From assembly GCA_963770565.1 (NCBI GenBank), contig CAVYQE010000002.1, positions 256,001 through 320,000 on the forward strand: DNA of 64,000 nucleotides, read 5' to 3'. How positions within the stretch are numbered: the stretch's first letter is position 1; every line of letters begins with the position of its first letter. Origin of the DNA: an uncultured Actinomycetota bacterium (GTDB lineage: Bacteria > Actinomycetota > Actinomycetes > JAFAQI01). A program made the position numbers and the translations under genes. Shown here piece by piece: positions 18,477 to 28,111 of this stretch. Under the pieces are notes generated by a model. The model made no database searches. It saw only the letters and a list, made by a program, of their open reading frames with translations, and was not told where the DNA came from.

Positions 18477-19592
18477 ATGGCTGATCTTCACGGCACCGTC
18501 GACCCGCGGTTCACCGGCGTCCGCGACGCCCTCGCGGAGCAGCTCGACAACGGCGCAGAGCTCGGCGCGTCGATCGTCGTCGACCTCGATGGCCAGACCG
18601 TCGTCGACCTCTGGGGTGGCCTCGCCGAGCCCGGTCGGCCGTGGGTCGAGGACACCATCGTCAATGTCTGGTCGACGACGAAGACGGTCACCAACCTGGC
18701 CGCGCTGATGCTGGTCGATCGCGGTCAGCTCGACCCGTACGCGCCGGTGTCACGCTATTGGCCGGAGTTCGGCGACAACGGCAAGGACGGCATCGAGGTC
18801 CGTCACGTGTTGTCCCACACCAGCGGTGTCAGTGGGTGGGCGCAGCCGTTCGCCGTCGAGGACATGTACGACTGGGAGCTCTCGACCGCGCGGCTCGCCG
18901 CCCAAGCACCGTGGTGGGAGCCGGGTACGGCGTCGGGCTACCACGCGCTCAACCAGGGCCACCTGGTCGGCGAAGTCGTCCGGCGGATCACCGGACAGCG
19001 GCTCAAGGACTTCGTCCGCGACGAGATCGCCGGGCCGCTCGGCGCGGACTTCCAGATCGGTTGCTCACCCGCCGACGCCGACCGGGTCGCGCCCGTGATC
19101 CCGCCGCCACCGCTTCCGATCGACCTCGCGAGCCTTGACACGAACAGTCCGATGGTGAAGACGTTCACCGGTCCGTTCGCCGACGCCGCTGCGGCCAACA
19201 CCGACGGCTGGCGGGCGGCCGACATCGGCGCCGCGAACGGACACGGCAACGCCCGCTCGGTAGTCAAGATCCAGTCCGCGGTGGTCAGTGGCAAGCTGCT
19301 CACGGCCGAGACAGCCGACCTGATCTTCGACGTGCAGTCCGACGGGGTCGACCTGGTGCTCGGCGTACCGCTGCGGTTCGGAATCGGCTACGGCCTGCCG
19401 CAGTTCGACACCGTGCCGTACATCCCGGAAGGCAAGATCTGCTTCTGGGGCGGCTGGGGCGGTTCGCTGATCATCCTCGACTTCGACCGCAACCTCACGA
19501 TCGGCTACATGATGAACAAGATGGGCGCCGGCATCGTCGGCAGCGAACGAGGCGAGGTCTACCTCCGCGCGATCTACGCCGCCGTGACCTAA
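18477..19592 (+). CDS. Serine hydrolase (beta-lactamase-like esterase family)
   Basis: SxxK motif (WSTTK), LSHTSG, GYHA and WGGWGGS. Confidence 0.92.
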   Translation: MADLHGTVDPRFTGVRDALAEQLDNGAELGASIVVDLDGQTVVDLWGGLAEPGRPWVEDTIVNVWSTTKTVTNLAALMLVDRGQLDPYAPVSRYWPEFGDNGKDGIEVRHVLSHTSGVSGWAQPFAVEDMYDWELSTARLAAQAPWWEPGTASGYHALNQGHLVGEVVRRITGQRLKDFVRDEIAGPLGADFQIGCSPADADRVAPVIPPPPLPIDLASLDTNSPMVKTFTGPFADAAAANTDGWRAADIGAANGHGNARSVVKIQSAVVSGKLLTAETADLIFDVQSDGVDLVLGVPLRFGIGYGLPQFDTVPYIPEGKICFWGGWGGSLIILDFDRNLTIGYMMNKMGAGIVGSERGEVYLRAIYAAVT

Positions 19593-19620
19593 CCACAGCC
19601 CCCACCCCGCCGCCGTGCCC

Positions 19621-19703
19621 CAAGCAATGTCACATTGCCCCGCACTTCGTGGGGGCAATGTGACACCACCCCCCGGATCGCCGGGGCAATGTGACATTGC
19701 CTG
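19621..19703. repeat. Triple-palindrome dispersed repeat, copy 1
   Basis: GCAATGT(C/G)ACATTGC-type units start at 19624, 19655 and 19686 (31-bp period; middle unit degenerate); between convergent genes. Confidence 0.92.
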
Positions 19704-19715
19704 GCCGAGCGGCCG

Positions 19716-22700
19716 CTAGGAGTCGGCGGAGGTCAGCGCGGTCGCGTCGGCAGGGTCGCGCGGCGCGTGTACGGCGGCCGCGTCGTCGGCGCCGGGCGGG
19801 ATCCGCTCGCGCAGCGCCGCTGCGCCGAGCCGGTCGGCAATCGCCCGCGCCTCGCCGGCCGCCTTTGCCGACTGCGCCTCATCGCCCGCCTGGGCCAGGT
19901 AGGAGGCAAAGTCAGCGAGCCCGATCGCGAGGTGGTAAGGCGACTTCAGTTCACGCAGCGCCTCGATTGCACGCTCGAACGCTGCTCGCGCCGCCGGCTC
20001 GCCCCGGGCCGCCTGCAGTCTCGCCTGCACCCGCAGCCGGTCGGCCCGAACCACCGGGCTTAGATAGCCGATCGGTCGTTCCTCGCACCAGGCCAGCAGC
20101 CGCTCGACCTCGTCGAGGTCGTCGAGGGCCAACGCGGCGTCGGCAACCACGGGCCAGCACCAGCGGCTTCCTTCGCCGGCCAGACCGATCTGCTCGCCCT
20201 CGACAAGGGCCACCCGCCCGAGCTCCAGCGCCCGCGCGTAGTTCTGCTGAGCCGCCGCGTCGATGCACTCGGTGATCGCGGCCATCATCCGGTCCTGCGG
20301 GCTCTCGGTCGCGGCGAGCCCGCGCACCGTCGTCAGCAGCTCGGGCGACGGCTCAGCACCTTGGAAGACCGCCAGGGTGTGCACGATCCAGGCCAGGTAG
20401 GCGTCGTCGGTCCCGCCCTCGGCATGCCCGCTCGCGCCGACCTCGACCGCCTCGGCCCAACGGCCCGAGAGAATCAGGGCCTGCATGAGGTTCCCGGCGG
20501 CGATCGTCCACATCGCTGAGCCGGCCCGGCGTTGAAGCCGGACGCCGGTCTGCGCGGCATCCACGGCCTCGGCCCAAGAGCCCTGAGCCAGCAGCGAGTC
20601 CGAGAGGTTGACGTACGCGATTCCCAGCTGGTCGCTCTCGCCGGTCACCTCAGCGAGCCGGATCGCCTCCCGATACGCCGACACCGCCTGTACGTGGTGG
20701 TCGGCGCTGTCGTCGATGATCCCTTGCGAGATGAACAGCCGGACGAAGCTGCGGAGCGGAAGGCCCAGCTCCTGGGCCAGCCCGAACGCACGAGCCTCGA
20801 CTTGCCGAGCAACGTCGGTGTTTCCGGAGAACGCTTCCAACGACGCCAGCGAGTTCAGCGCCTCCACGGTGTCGGAGTCCGGATCCCGCTCGAGGACCTG
20901 CAGCGCTTCCTCCAACGACCGGCGGCCCTCCTCGTGCCGGGCCTGACGCCGCAGCACTCCGCCGAGGCTCGCGGTCGTGCGGGCCGCCGCGCGGCGCTGG
21001 TCGTGTGTGGCAAACAGTTCGCGGGCTTGTTCGAACGCGGTCCCGGCAGCCTTGAGGTCTCCCGCTTCGGTGCATCGCTTGCCGGCGAGCTCGTACAGGC
21101 TGGCCGCCTCGAGGTCGGCCTCTTCGGTTCCGAGCGGTCGCAGCAGGTCAGCCGCACTACACAGAACGCGGGCCGCAACGAGCGGTGCACCGGTGCGCTT
21201 GGCCCGATCGGCCGCCCGGGACAGCCGGTCGACCGCGCGACGCCGGATCACCGGAACGTCGTCGTCGTCAGGCACCGCGGCCAACGCGTCAAGCAGGTGT
21301 TGCGCGATGACCTCGGCGACCTCTTCCCCCTCGTCGGAGAACGCCCGCGCGAGGTGGTCGGCGACGGCGAGGTGCCGGGCCTTGCGTTCGCGCCGCGACA
21401 GGGTCTCGTACGCGACCTGCCGGAACATCGTCTGGACGAAGCCGTACTGTCCGCGGTCCGGCGACAGCGGATCCGCCCGGACCATCAGAACCTCGCGGCG
21501 GACCAGATCGGCGAGCTGCTCGGCGACCTCGGCATCGGACATCCCGGAGACCGCAACGAGGGCTTCCACCGGAAAGGTGCCACCGAGGACGGCGGCGTCT
21601 GCGACCAACCGGCGTGCACTCGGCTCGAGCGCATCGAGCCGGGCCGCCAGCAGCGACTGAAGCGTCCCCGGCACCGATAGCTCGCCGATGTCCGAGACGA
21701 GCCGGTAGACGCCCTCGACCGGCTGGACGACGTCTCGGTCGATCAGCATCCGGACGGTTTCGACGGCGTACAGCGGAATGCCTTGCGACTGCTGGGCAAC
21801 TGCCATCCGGGCGGCCTCGGGCATGCCCGACACCAGCCCGTCGATCATCGCGTCCATCGCCGCGTCGTCGAGCGGCTCGAGGGTCAACGACGTGGCATTG
21901 CGCCGCCCGGTTCCCCAACCGGGCCGCCGGTCCTCGATCTCGGGCCGGGCCAGGGTCAGCACGAAGATCGGTACGTCGCGCGACCAGTCGAGCACGTACT
22001 CGAGGAAGTCGAGGAAGCCGCTGTCGGCGTGCTGAAGGTCCTCGACGACCAACGCGACCGGCGTGACGAGCGCGATCTGTTCGAAGAACGTCCGCCAGCC
22101 GGCGAACAGCTCCTCCGTACTCAACGTGCTCTCATCGGTCTCAACCCCGAGCAGCCGGGCCAGTCGGGGACGGACGAAGTCACGGACACCGGGGTCGGCG
22201 ATGTTGAGCTCGAGGCCCGCCTCCAGTTTCTCCGCGGCAACTGCGGCGGACTCCTCCTCCGCGATCGACAACCGCTGCCGGACCATCTCCGCCAAGGCCC
22301 AGAACGCGACCCCCTCGCCATAGGACAGGCAGCGGCCCCGGTGCCAGGAGACGATCGCGGCAAGGCCGTCGATGTACTTGTAGAACTCCCATCCGAGTCG
22401 GCTCTTGCCGACGCCGGCCGGCCCCACCACGGAGACCAGGCGGGCGGAGCGGCGGTCCGCACTCGCGTGGAACAGGTCCTTGATCAACCTCAGGTCACTG
22501 TCCCGACCGACCAGTGGCGCCTCCAGGCCGTCGATCCGCTGGCTGCCGGCTGATCCCGACACAACCCGCTGAGCGCGCCACAGTCGGACGAGCCCGGACT
22601 TGCCCTTGAGGCTGTGGTCGCCGGCCTCGTCGAAAGCGATCGAGCCGCGGGCCATCCGCCAGGTGCTCTCGTCGACGAGTACGCCGCCCGCATCCGCAGC

Positions 22701-23309
22701 GGCCTGCACTCGGGCCGCGGTGTTCACCGCATCGCCGGCGACCATGCCTTGCCCGACCGCCCCAACCGTGACCGCCACCTCGCCGGTGACCACACCGGCG
22801 CGCGCAGCAAGGCTGTCGATGCCGATCTCGCGGGCCAGCGCCCCTACCGCGTCGACTACGTCGAGCGCCGCGCGCACCGCGCGTTCGGCGTCGCCCTCTG
22901 ATGCGGTCGGAGCGCCCCACACCGCCATGACTGCGTCGCCGATGAACTTCTCGACCACCCCGCCGTACCGGCCGATCACGGTTCGGGCCAGATCGAAGTA
23001 GCGCGAGAGCAGCTCCCGCACTTCCTCGGGATCGCGCGCCTCCGACAACGGCGTGAAGCCGACCAGGTCGCAGAACAGGACGGAGCAGACCCGGCGTTCG
23101 GCCAGCGCCGCGGAGTCGGCGGCCGGCGCCCTTGCACCGGGCCCGCCGTCGACACCCACTCCGAGCGGTGCGCCGCAGTCGCCGCAGAATCGCTTGCCGG
23201 CGAGCGCCGGAGCCCCACAGGTCGGGCAGACCGCACTCAGCGGCGACCCGCACTCGCCGCAGAACCGTTTGTCCGGCGGGCTTTCGGCTCCGCAAGCCGC
23301 ACAGTTCAC
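19716..23309 (-). CDS. Class III adenylate/guanylate cyclase with double zinc ribbon, AAA/STAND NTPase and TPR-like repeats
   Basis: Four CxxC motifs; FCDLVGFT, KFIGDA, GDAVNTAAR; Walker A GPAGVGKS; Walker B VVEDLQ; helical repeats. Confidence 0.93.
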   Translation of the reverse strand: MNCAACGAESPPDKRFCGECGSPLSAVCPTCGAPALAGKRFCGDCGAPLGVGVDGGPGARAPAADSAALAERRVCSVLFCDLVGFTPLSEARDPEEVRELLSRYFDLARTVIGRYGGVVEKFIGDAVMAVWGAPTASEGDAERAVRAALDVVDAVGALAREIGIDSLAARAGVVTGEVAVTVGAVGQGMVAGDAVNTAARVQAAADAGGVLVDESTWRMARGSIAFDEAGDHSLKGKSGLVRLWRAQRVVSGSAGSQRIDGLEAPLVGRDSDLRLIKDLFHASADRRSARLVSVVGPAGVGKSRLGWEFYKYIDGLAAIVSWHRGRCLSYGEGVAFWALAEMVRQRLSIAEEESAAVAAEKLEAGLELNIADPGVRDFVRPRLARLLGVETDESTLSTEELFAGWRTFFEQIALVTPVALVVEDLQHADSGFLDFLEYVLDWSRDVPIFVLTLARPEIEDRRPGWGTGRRNATSLTLEPLDDAAMDAMIDGLVSGMPEAARMAVAQQSQGIPLYAVETVRMLIDRDVVQPVEGVYRLVSDIGELSVPGTLQSLLAARLDALEPSARRLVADAAVLGGTFPVEALVAVSGMSDAEVAEQLADLVRREVLMVRADPLSPDRGQYGFVQTMFRQVAYETLSRRERKARHLAVADHLARAFSDEGEEVAEVIAQHLLDALAAVPDDDDVPVIRRRAVDRLSRAADRAKRTGAPLVAARVLCSAADLLRPLGTEEADLEAASLYELAGKRCTEAGDLKAAGTAFEQARELFATHDQRRAAARTTASLGGVLRRQARHEEGRRSLEEALQVLERDPDSDTVEALNSLASLEAFSGNTDVARQVEARAFGLAQELGLPLRSFVRLFISQGIIDDSADHHVQAVSAYREAIRLAEVTGESDQLGIAYVNLSDSLLAQGSWAEAVDAAQTGVRLQRRAGSAMWTIAAGNLMQALILSGRWAEAVEVGASGHAEGGTDDAYLAWIVHTLAVFQGAEPSPELLTTVRGLAATESPQDRMMAAITECIDAAAQQNYARALELGRVALVEGEQIGLAGEGSRWCWPVVADAALALDDLDEVERLLAWCEERPIGYLSPVVRADRLRVQARLQAARGEPAARAAFERAIEALRELKSPYHLAIGLADFASYLAQAGDEAQSAKAAGEARAIADRLGAAALRERIPPGADDAAAVHAPRDPADATALTSADS

Positions 23310-23548
23310 TAGGCGTGCCTCGATTTAGGTCGTGACTTGATCCATAAGGTCACTACGCCAGGCCAACGACTGTCAATCGCGCCTTGTCGGGCGATAAGGG
23401 GCAACTCGCCGTAACGAAGGGCTCGACGCGCCGGTCGAACCAGTGCGATTGTTTGCTCGTCCCAGCGCGGTACGAGTAGGGAGCCCGGCCAAGGACGCCG
23501 CAAAGGTGGCGCACTTCGGACCGGACAGAAGCAAAGGAGTTCAGTCAC

Positions 23549-25195
23549 GTGGCCTCTCGCGGCCGTTACCGCGATGCGCTAAAGCAACGCGACTTCCGCT
23601 TGCTGATCACCTGCTCGCTGATCGACCAGATCGGAAGCTGGTCGTACAGTGTCGTACTCGCGGTCGATGTCTACACCCGCACCCACTCGACGATCTGGCT
23701 GGCCGGACTGTCCGCATCGCGGTGGGCGACCGGCCTCGTACTAAGTGGGTACGCCGGCGCCTTCGCCGACCGCTTCGAGCGCACAAAGGTGATGTTCGGA
23801 TCCGCGCTGCTGTCAGCGGTCGTGATGTCCGGCATCGCGGTGTCGGTCGGGCTGCGCGGGCCGGTGTGGACGTTGCTCGCGCTCACCGTGGTGTCTGCGA
23901 CCGTCGCATCCCCGTATCGACCGGCCGCGGGTGCGTTGACACCTGAAGTGGTCGGGGAGCGGGACCTGGCCGCGGCGAACGGCCTGTTCGCCGCGATCGA
24001 GAGCCTGGTCGTCGTGATCGGCCCGGCGATCGGCGGCCTCCTGCTGCTTACCGGGTCGACGGTCAGTGGCGTGATCCTCAACGCGGCGAGCTTCGTGGTC
24101 GCTGCGGCCATCATCGTGCGTCTGCGGGTGCGTTCGCGCGGCGATGCCGCGCGAGGCGGCCGGATGCTCGCGCAGTGGTTGACCGGCTTCCGGGCGCTGG
24201 CCTCCCAGCAGGTCGCCTCAGTGCTAGTTGCGTTCTGCGCACTCGACTCGATGGTCTACGGCGCGAGCACCGTCATCTACGCTCCACTTTCGCTGCGGCT
24301 CGGCACCGGGGTCAAGGGGTACAGCTACCTGCTCGCCGGAGCCGCCCTGGGAGGGGTGATCGCGGCCGGGTTGGCCAACCGCCTCAGTGCCTCGCGCCGG
24401 CTCGCGCCGGTGATCGTCGGGAGCATCGCGTTGCAAGGCGTGCCCTTCGTCCTCACCGTGTTCACGCACACTCCGGCGGTCGCCTTCGTCCTTCAAGTCG
24501 CGTCGGGTATCGGCATGGTCATCGTCGACGTACTCGCGATTACGGCCATGCAGCGGGACCTCGACGGCGGGGTGATGAGCCGGGTGCTCGGGGCCTTCGA
24601 GGCGATCGTCACCGCGGCAATCCTGTTCGCAAGCTTCGTGGGTGCGGCCGTTCTTTCGCATGCCGGGCTCGACGCGGCGCTCTATCTCACCGGCATCGGC
24701 ATTCCGGCGGTCGCCGTGCTCGGCCTGCCGATCCTGATCCGCGGCGACCGCCGCGCGGCCGCACAGGTGGCCGCACTCGAGCCGTGGGTCGAGGTGCTCG
24801 GTCGGCTGGACCTGTTCACCGGCGCAAGGCGGCCGGTGCTCGAGCAGTTGGCGAAGGCAGCCGAGGAGCAGTCCGTTCCGGCCGGGACCGTCATCATCCG
24901 CGAAGGGGACACTGCGGACGCGCTGTGGATCCTGCTCAGCGGCTCGCTGGCGGTCGAGGCCTCCGTCGCCGGTGGACCGGAGCGTGCTCTCCCGACCGTG
25001 ACCGCTCCGGGGTACGTCGGAGAGCTCGGCCTGGTGCACGGTGTGCCGAGAACCGCGACCGTGCGAACCGCCGAGGAGTGCGACCTGCTGCGGATCAAGG
25101 GCAGCGTGTTCATCGACGCGCTCGAATCTGCGCCGCCCAGCACGGCCTTCATCCAGCTAACCGGTGCGCGCTGGGCCCGCACCGAGGCGAGCTGA
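23549..25195 (+). CDS. MFS transporter fused to a C-terminal cyclic-nucleotide-binding domain
   Basis: MFS motif A GAFADRFER and about 12 TM helices; CNBD motifs IIREGD and GELGL...PRTATV; AAGGAG RBS. Confidence 0.92.
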   Translation: MASRGRYRDALKQRDFRLLITCSLIDQIGSWSYSVVLAVDVYTRTHSTIWLAGLSASRWATGLVLSGYAGAFADRFERTKVMFGSALLSAVVMSGIAVSVGLRGPVWTLLALTVVSATVASPYRPAAGALTPEVVGERDLAAANGLFAAIESLVVVIGPAIGGLLLLTGSTVSGVILNAASFVVAAAIIVRLRVRSRGDAARGGRMLAQWLTGFRALASQQVASVLVAFCALDSMVYGASTVIYAPLSLRLGTGVKGYSYLLAGAALGGVIAAGLANRLSASRRLAPVIVGSIALQGVPFVLTVFTHTPAVAFVLQVASGIGMVIVDVLAITAMQRDLDGGVMSRVLGAFEAIVTAAILFASFVGAAVLSHAGLDAALYLTGIGIPAVAVLGLPILIRGDRRAAAQVAALEPWVEVLGRLDLFTGARRPVLEQLAKAAEEQSVPAGTVIIREGDTADALWILLSGSLAVEASVAGGPERALPTVTAPGYVGELGLVHGVPRTATVRTAEECDLLRIKGSVFIDALESAPPSTAFIQLTGARWARTEAS

Positions 25196-25227
25196 CGCCC
25201 CAACCTCCCGCGCGCTCAACCCCCGTA

Positions 25228-25312
25228 CAAAGCAATGTCACATTGCCCCGCACTTCGTGGGGGCAATGTGACGTCACCCCCCGGATTAGCTGGGCAATGT
25301 CACATTGCTTTG
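25228..25312. repeat. Triple-palindrome dispersed repeat, copy 2
   Basis: Units start at 25232, 25263 and 25294 (31-bp period); termini CAAAGCAATGT...ACATTGCTTTG; between convergent genes. Confidence 0.92.
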
Positions 25313-25792
25313 CTAGAGGCGGAGGGGACGGATCGGCGCCATCACGAGGGCGGGATCGCTGCGCCAGTCGACCCCGGGGACATCGACGTACAGCTCGATC
25401 TCGTTGCCGTCCGGGTCGGCGATGTAGAGGCTGTGGGTCACGGTGTGGTCGCTCGCACCGAGCACGGTGACACCGTCGCGATTCAGCCGGTCGAGCGCCT
25501 CGCGCAGTTCGTCGTCGCTGTCGCCGACCTTCAACCCGAAGTGATACAGCCCGATCCGCCGGCCCTCAGGCTGCGCCGCGGCATCGGGTCCGACCTCGAT
25601 GAGCAACAGCTCGTGGTGGGTGCGCCCGGACGGTGCCGAAAACGCCGCGAACGGCAGATCCGGACCGTCGGCTGGACCCGGCCCGATCTGCCGCCAGCCC
25701 AAGGTGTCCCGATAGAACGCCGCCGACTGCTTGACGTCCCTGACGTAGAGGACGACGTGCCCGAGCTCCTTGACCTCCACCGGGTTACGCAC
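25313..25792 (-). CDS. VOC/glyoxalase family protein
   Basis: LGHVVLYVRD, GLYHFGL and SLYIADPDGNEIELY. Confidence 0.92.
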   Translation of the reverse strand: MRNPVEVKELGHVVLYVRDVKQSAAFYRDTLGWRQIGPGPADGPDLPFAAFSAPSGRTHHELLLIEVGPDAAAQPEGRRIGLYHFGLKVGDSDDELREALDRLNRDGVTVLGASDHTVTHSLYIADPDGNEIELYVDVPGVDWRSDPALVMAPIRPLRL

Positions 25793-26255
25793 CGATCCGC
25801 TGGCGCGCCGTGGCCCGGGCTTCGGTGACCGTGATCGGCCTTCCCGCCTTCTGCAGGCCGGTGAGCGGCATGTTCTGGTAGACCGCCTCGTAGTGGCCGG
25901 CGGACACCTGGTACGTCTCGTGCCAGATCCCGGCGGCCGACAGCTCGCCCTCGGCCAGCCGGTTCCACGCCTTCCAGACCGGCGCGTGCTTCGCGTCGGG
26001 GTTCTTCGCGTACGCCTCGAGCGCGTCGAATGACCGCCAGTACTGCACGATCACGCCGCCGACCGCGCCGAACACGTGGTAGCCGAGGAGGCCCTTCGAC
26101 GGATCCTGCTCGAGCTCGCCGAGCATGTCGATCATCGCCATGAGCAGCTCTCCGGCCGGGCCGGCCTGCTCCGGGTCCCTGAGGTCTGCTCCGATGAGGA
26201 AGACCACGAAGTCACCGTCGATCTGGGCGGTCCAGCGACCGAGGTTGATGTCCAT
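25785..26255 (-). CDS. DUF4188 / monooxygenase af470-like protein
   Basis: FVVFLIG, VQYWRSFDALEAYA, GIWHETY and YEAVYQNMP; start could be 26273. Confidence 0.85.
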   Translation of the reverse strand: MDINLGRWTAQIDGDFVVFLIGADLRDPEQAGPAGELLMAMIDMLGELEQDPSKGLLGYHVFGAVGGVIVQYWRSFDALEAYAKNPDAKHAPVWKAWNRLAEGELSAAGIWHETYQVSAGHYEAVYQNMPLTGLQKAGRPITVTEARATARQRIGA

Positions 26256-26303
26256 GACCCGGGATGCTCCCATGTACTGCCATCGCTTGGAGGCGGTTGG
26301 CAC

Positions 26304-26338
26304 TTGACAAGCGATGCCTTGTACAAGATATTCCTTGT
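26304..26338 (+). promoter_or_regulatory. Tandem palindromic operator overlapping a TTGACA -35 box (probable ArsR site)
   Basis: ACAAG-N6-CTTGT occurs twice back to back (26307-26322 and 26323-26338); TTGACA at 26304. Confidence 0.7.
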
Positions 26339-26382
26339 GAATCCTTCGGCACACCGCCGGAGTCGAGAACAAGGAGCGAACG

Positions 26383-26874
26383 ATGACAACGTCCGCAGCA
26401 GATCTCGTCCACACCTCCCACGACTACCGCTCGACCCGGTTGTTCGAGTCAGCGCCGGAGAAGGTCGTCGAGGCGCTGATTACGACCGAGGGCGTCACGG
26501 CCTGGTGGTCGCCGACGACCGGCTCGGCGGCTCACGGGGGCGAGCTCAGCGTCTGGTTCGGCGAGCGCGAGATGCGCGGCCGCGTGACGGTCACGGACCG
26601 GCCGACCCTGGTGCAGTGGGACGTGGTGTTCTGCGACGCCATGCCGGACTGGGTGGGCACAACCGTGATCTTCGACGTCGCACCGCTCGGCACCGGAACC
26701 GTCCTGTCCTTCACCCACCTGGGCCTCAACCCGCAGCTGGAATGCTTCGCGCAGTGCTTCGCCGGCTGGACGTTCTACCTGGGCAGCCTGGTGGACTACG
26801 TCGACAACGACGGCGGTACTCCGGCGGGCACGACCCCGGAGACGGCGAATGACCACCAGCGCGACATGCACTGA
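26383..26874 (+). CDS. SRPBCC/AHSA1 domain protein
   Basis: ALITTEGVTAWW, WVGTTVIF, FTHLGL and GWTFYLGSL; AAGGAG RBS. Confidence 0.88.
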   Translation: MTTSAADLVHTSHDYRSTRLFESAPEKVVEALITTEGVTAWWSPTTGSAAHGGELSVWFGEREMRGRVTVTDRPTLVQWDVVFCDAMPDWVGTTVIFDVAPLGTGTVLSFTHLGLNPQLECFAQCFAGWTFYLGSLVDYVDNDGGTPAGTTPETANDHQRDMH

Positions 26875-26895
26875 ACAAGAAGGGCCCTGATCGAG

Positions 26896-27246
26896 ATGGT
26901 GACACGAACGGGTGCGGCGAGCGCCGAGGCAACCGACCTGGTCCTGCGCGCGCTCGCCGACCCGAACCGCCGCGCGATCCTCCGGTTGGTCAGGGACGAC
27001 GAGTTGCCGGCCGGCCAGATCGCATCGAACTTTTCGATGACCCAGCAGGCGGTCAGCCAGCACGTCACCCTTCTCAAACAGGCCGGCCTGCTGAGCGTTC
27101 GCCGCGACGGCACTCGCCGGCTGTACGCATTTCGCGCCGAGGCACTCGACCCGGTCCGTGACCTGCTTGCGGAGTTCTGGCCGGATGCCCTGGCCCGCCT
27201 GAAGCGCGCGGTCGAAAGCTCCTACCGCCCAACGGAAACGAGGTAG
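26896..27246 (+). CDS. ArsR/SmtB family regulator
   Basis: ALADPNRRAIL, AVSQHVTLLKQAGL and GTRRLY. Confidence 0.93.
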   Translation: MVTRTGAASAEATDLVLRALADPNRRAILRLVRDDELPAGQIASNFSMTQQAVSQHVTLLKQAGLLSVRRDGTRRLYAFRAEALDPVRDLLAEFWPDALARLKRAVESSYRPTETR

Positions 27247-27252
27247 TTCCCG

Positions 27253-27678
27253 ATGTCGGCAACGCTCGAGGTCACCGCAACCACACGGATCGCGGCGCCA
27301 CCCGAGGTGGTCTTCCCCTACTTCACCGATCCCGCGTTGATCTGCACCTGGCTGACCGAGACGGCCGACCTCGATCCGCGTCCCGGCGGGATCTTCGCGG
27401 TCAACCCGGGCCGGCCCGCGCAAGGGACGTACGTCGCCGTGGAGCCGCCACATCGAGTGGTGTTCACGTGGGGTATCCCGGACGACGCGACCTTGCCGCC
27501 AGGTGCCAGCACCGTCGAAGTGGTCCTCGCTGCCGACGGCGACGGCACCGTCGTGACGCTGACCCACTCAGACCTTCCGGAGGACCACCGACCGTCGCAC
27601 CAGCAGGGTTGGAACCACTTCATCGGCTTGCTGCCGACCGTCGTCGAGTCCCGCACGGGCGGTTCCGAGCCGCACTAA
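27253..27678 (+). CDS. SRPBCC/AHSA1 domain protein
   Basis: APPEVVFPYFTDP, PPHRVVFTWG and HQQGWNHF. Confidence 0.9.
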   Translation: MSATLEVTATTRIAAPPEVVFPYFTDPALICTWLTETADLDPRPGGIFAVNPGRPAQGTYVAVEPPHRVVFTWGIPDDATLPPGASTVEVVLAADGDGTVVTLTHSDLPEDHRPSHQQGWNHFIGLLPTVVESRTGGSEPH

Positions 27679-27688
27679 CATTCCTGCG

Positions 27689-28027
27689 ATGACGCGGTAC
27701 CTGATCTCTTTCGATGACGGCGCGATGAACTTCCCCGAGGAGGAGCTGCCCGACGTGGCTGAGGCCGCACACGCCGTCCTCCATGAGGCCAAGAAGGCCG
27801 GTGCGTGGGTCACCGGCGCCGGGATCCAGGGGCACGACGCGAGCATCGTCGGCACCGATGGGTCGGTCACCTCCGCGGCGTACCCGGGAAGCAAGCCGCA
27901 CATCGGTGGATTCTCGATCGTTGACGTGTCCTCGCACGACGAGGCGCTGAGGTGGGCGGCGAAGTTCGCCGCGGCATGCAGGTGCGCACAAGAAGTCCGG
28001 GAACTGATGGACGACCCGGAGGTCTGA
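27689..28027 (+). CDS. YciI/DGPF family protein
   Basis: YLISF, HIGGFSIVDV, EALRWAAK and QEVRE. Confidence 0.85.
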   Translation: MTRYLISFDDGAMNFPEEELPDVAEAAHAVLHEAKKAGAWVTGAGIQGHDASIVGTDGSVTSAAYPGSKPHIGGFSIVDVSSHDEALRWAAKFAAACRCAQEVRELMDDPEV

Positions 28028-28037
28028 GTCGGGCGTC

Positions 28038-28103
28038 GATCTTCGCGCCCGAGACCACTTACGCGGCGTGTTCCGACAAAACTGGGTCGCGGGCGCGAAG
28101 ATC
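28038..28103. repeat. REP-like inverted repeat between convergent genes
   Basis: GATCTTCGCGCCCGAGACC / GGTCGCGGGCGCGAAGATC (18/19 match). Confidence 0.8.
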
Positions 28104-28111
28104 AATCGGCG

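Noticed and set aside
18477-19592. Antibiotic-resistance beta-lactamase
   Set aside because: The motifs (STTK, GYH, WGG) fit the esterase-type serine hydrolase family; the class A/C KTG triad is absent.
19621-19703. Triple palindrome as a mini CRISPR array
   Set aside because: The units are only 15 bp with ~16-bp spacers, one spacer is identical between loci, and no cas genes are present.
23390-23530. Possible c-di-GMP or other riboswitch in the cyclase/MFS divergent region
   Set aside because: GGGCAA and GCAAAG fragments are present, but the stems and tetraloop spacing do not fit the GEMM architecture.
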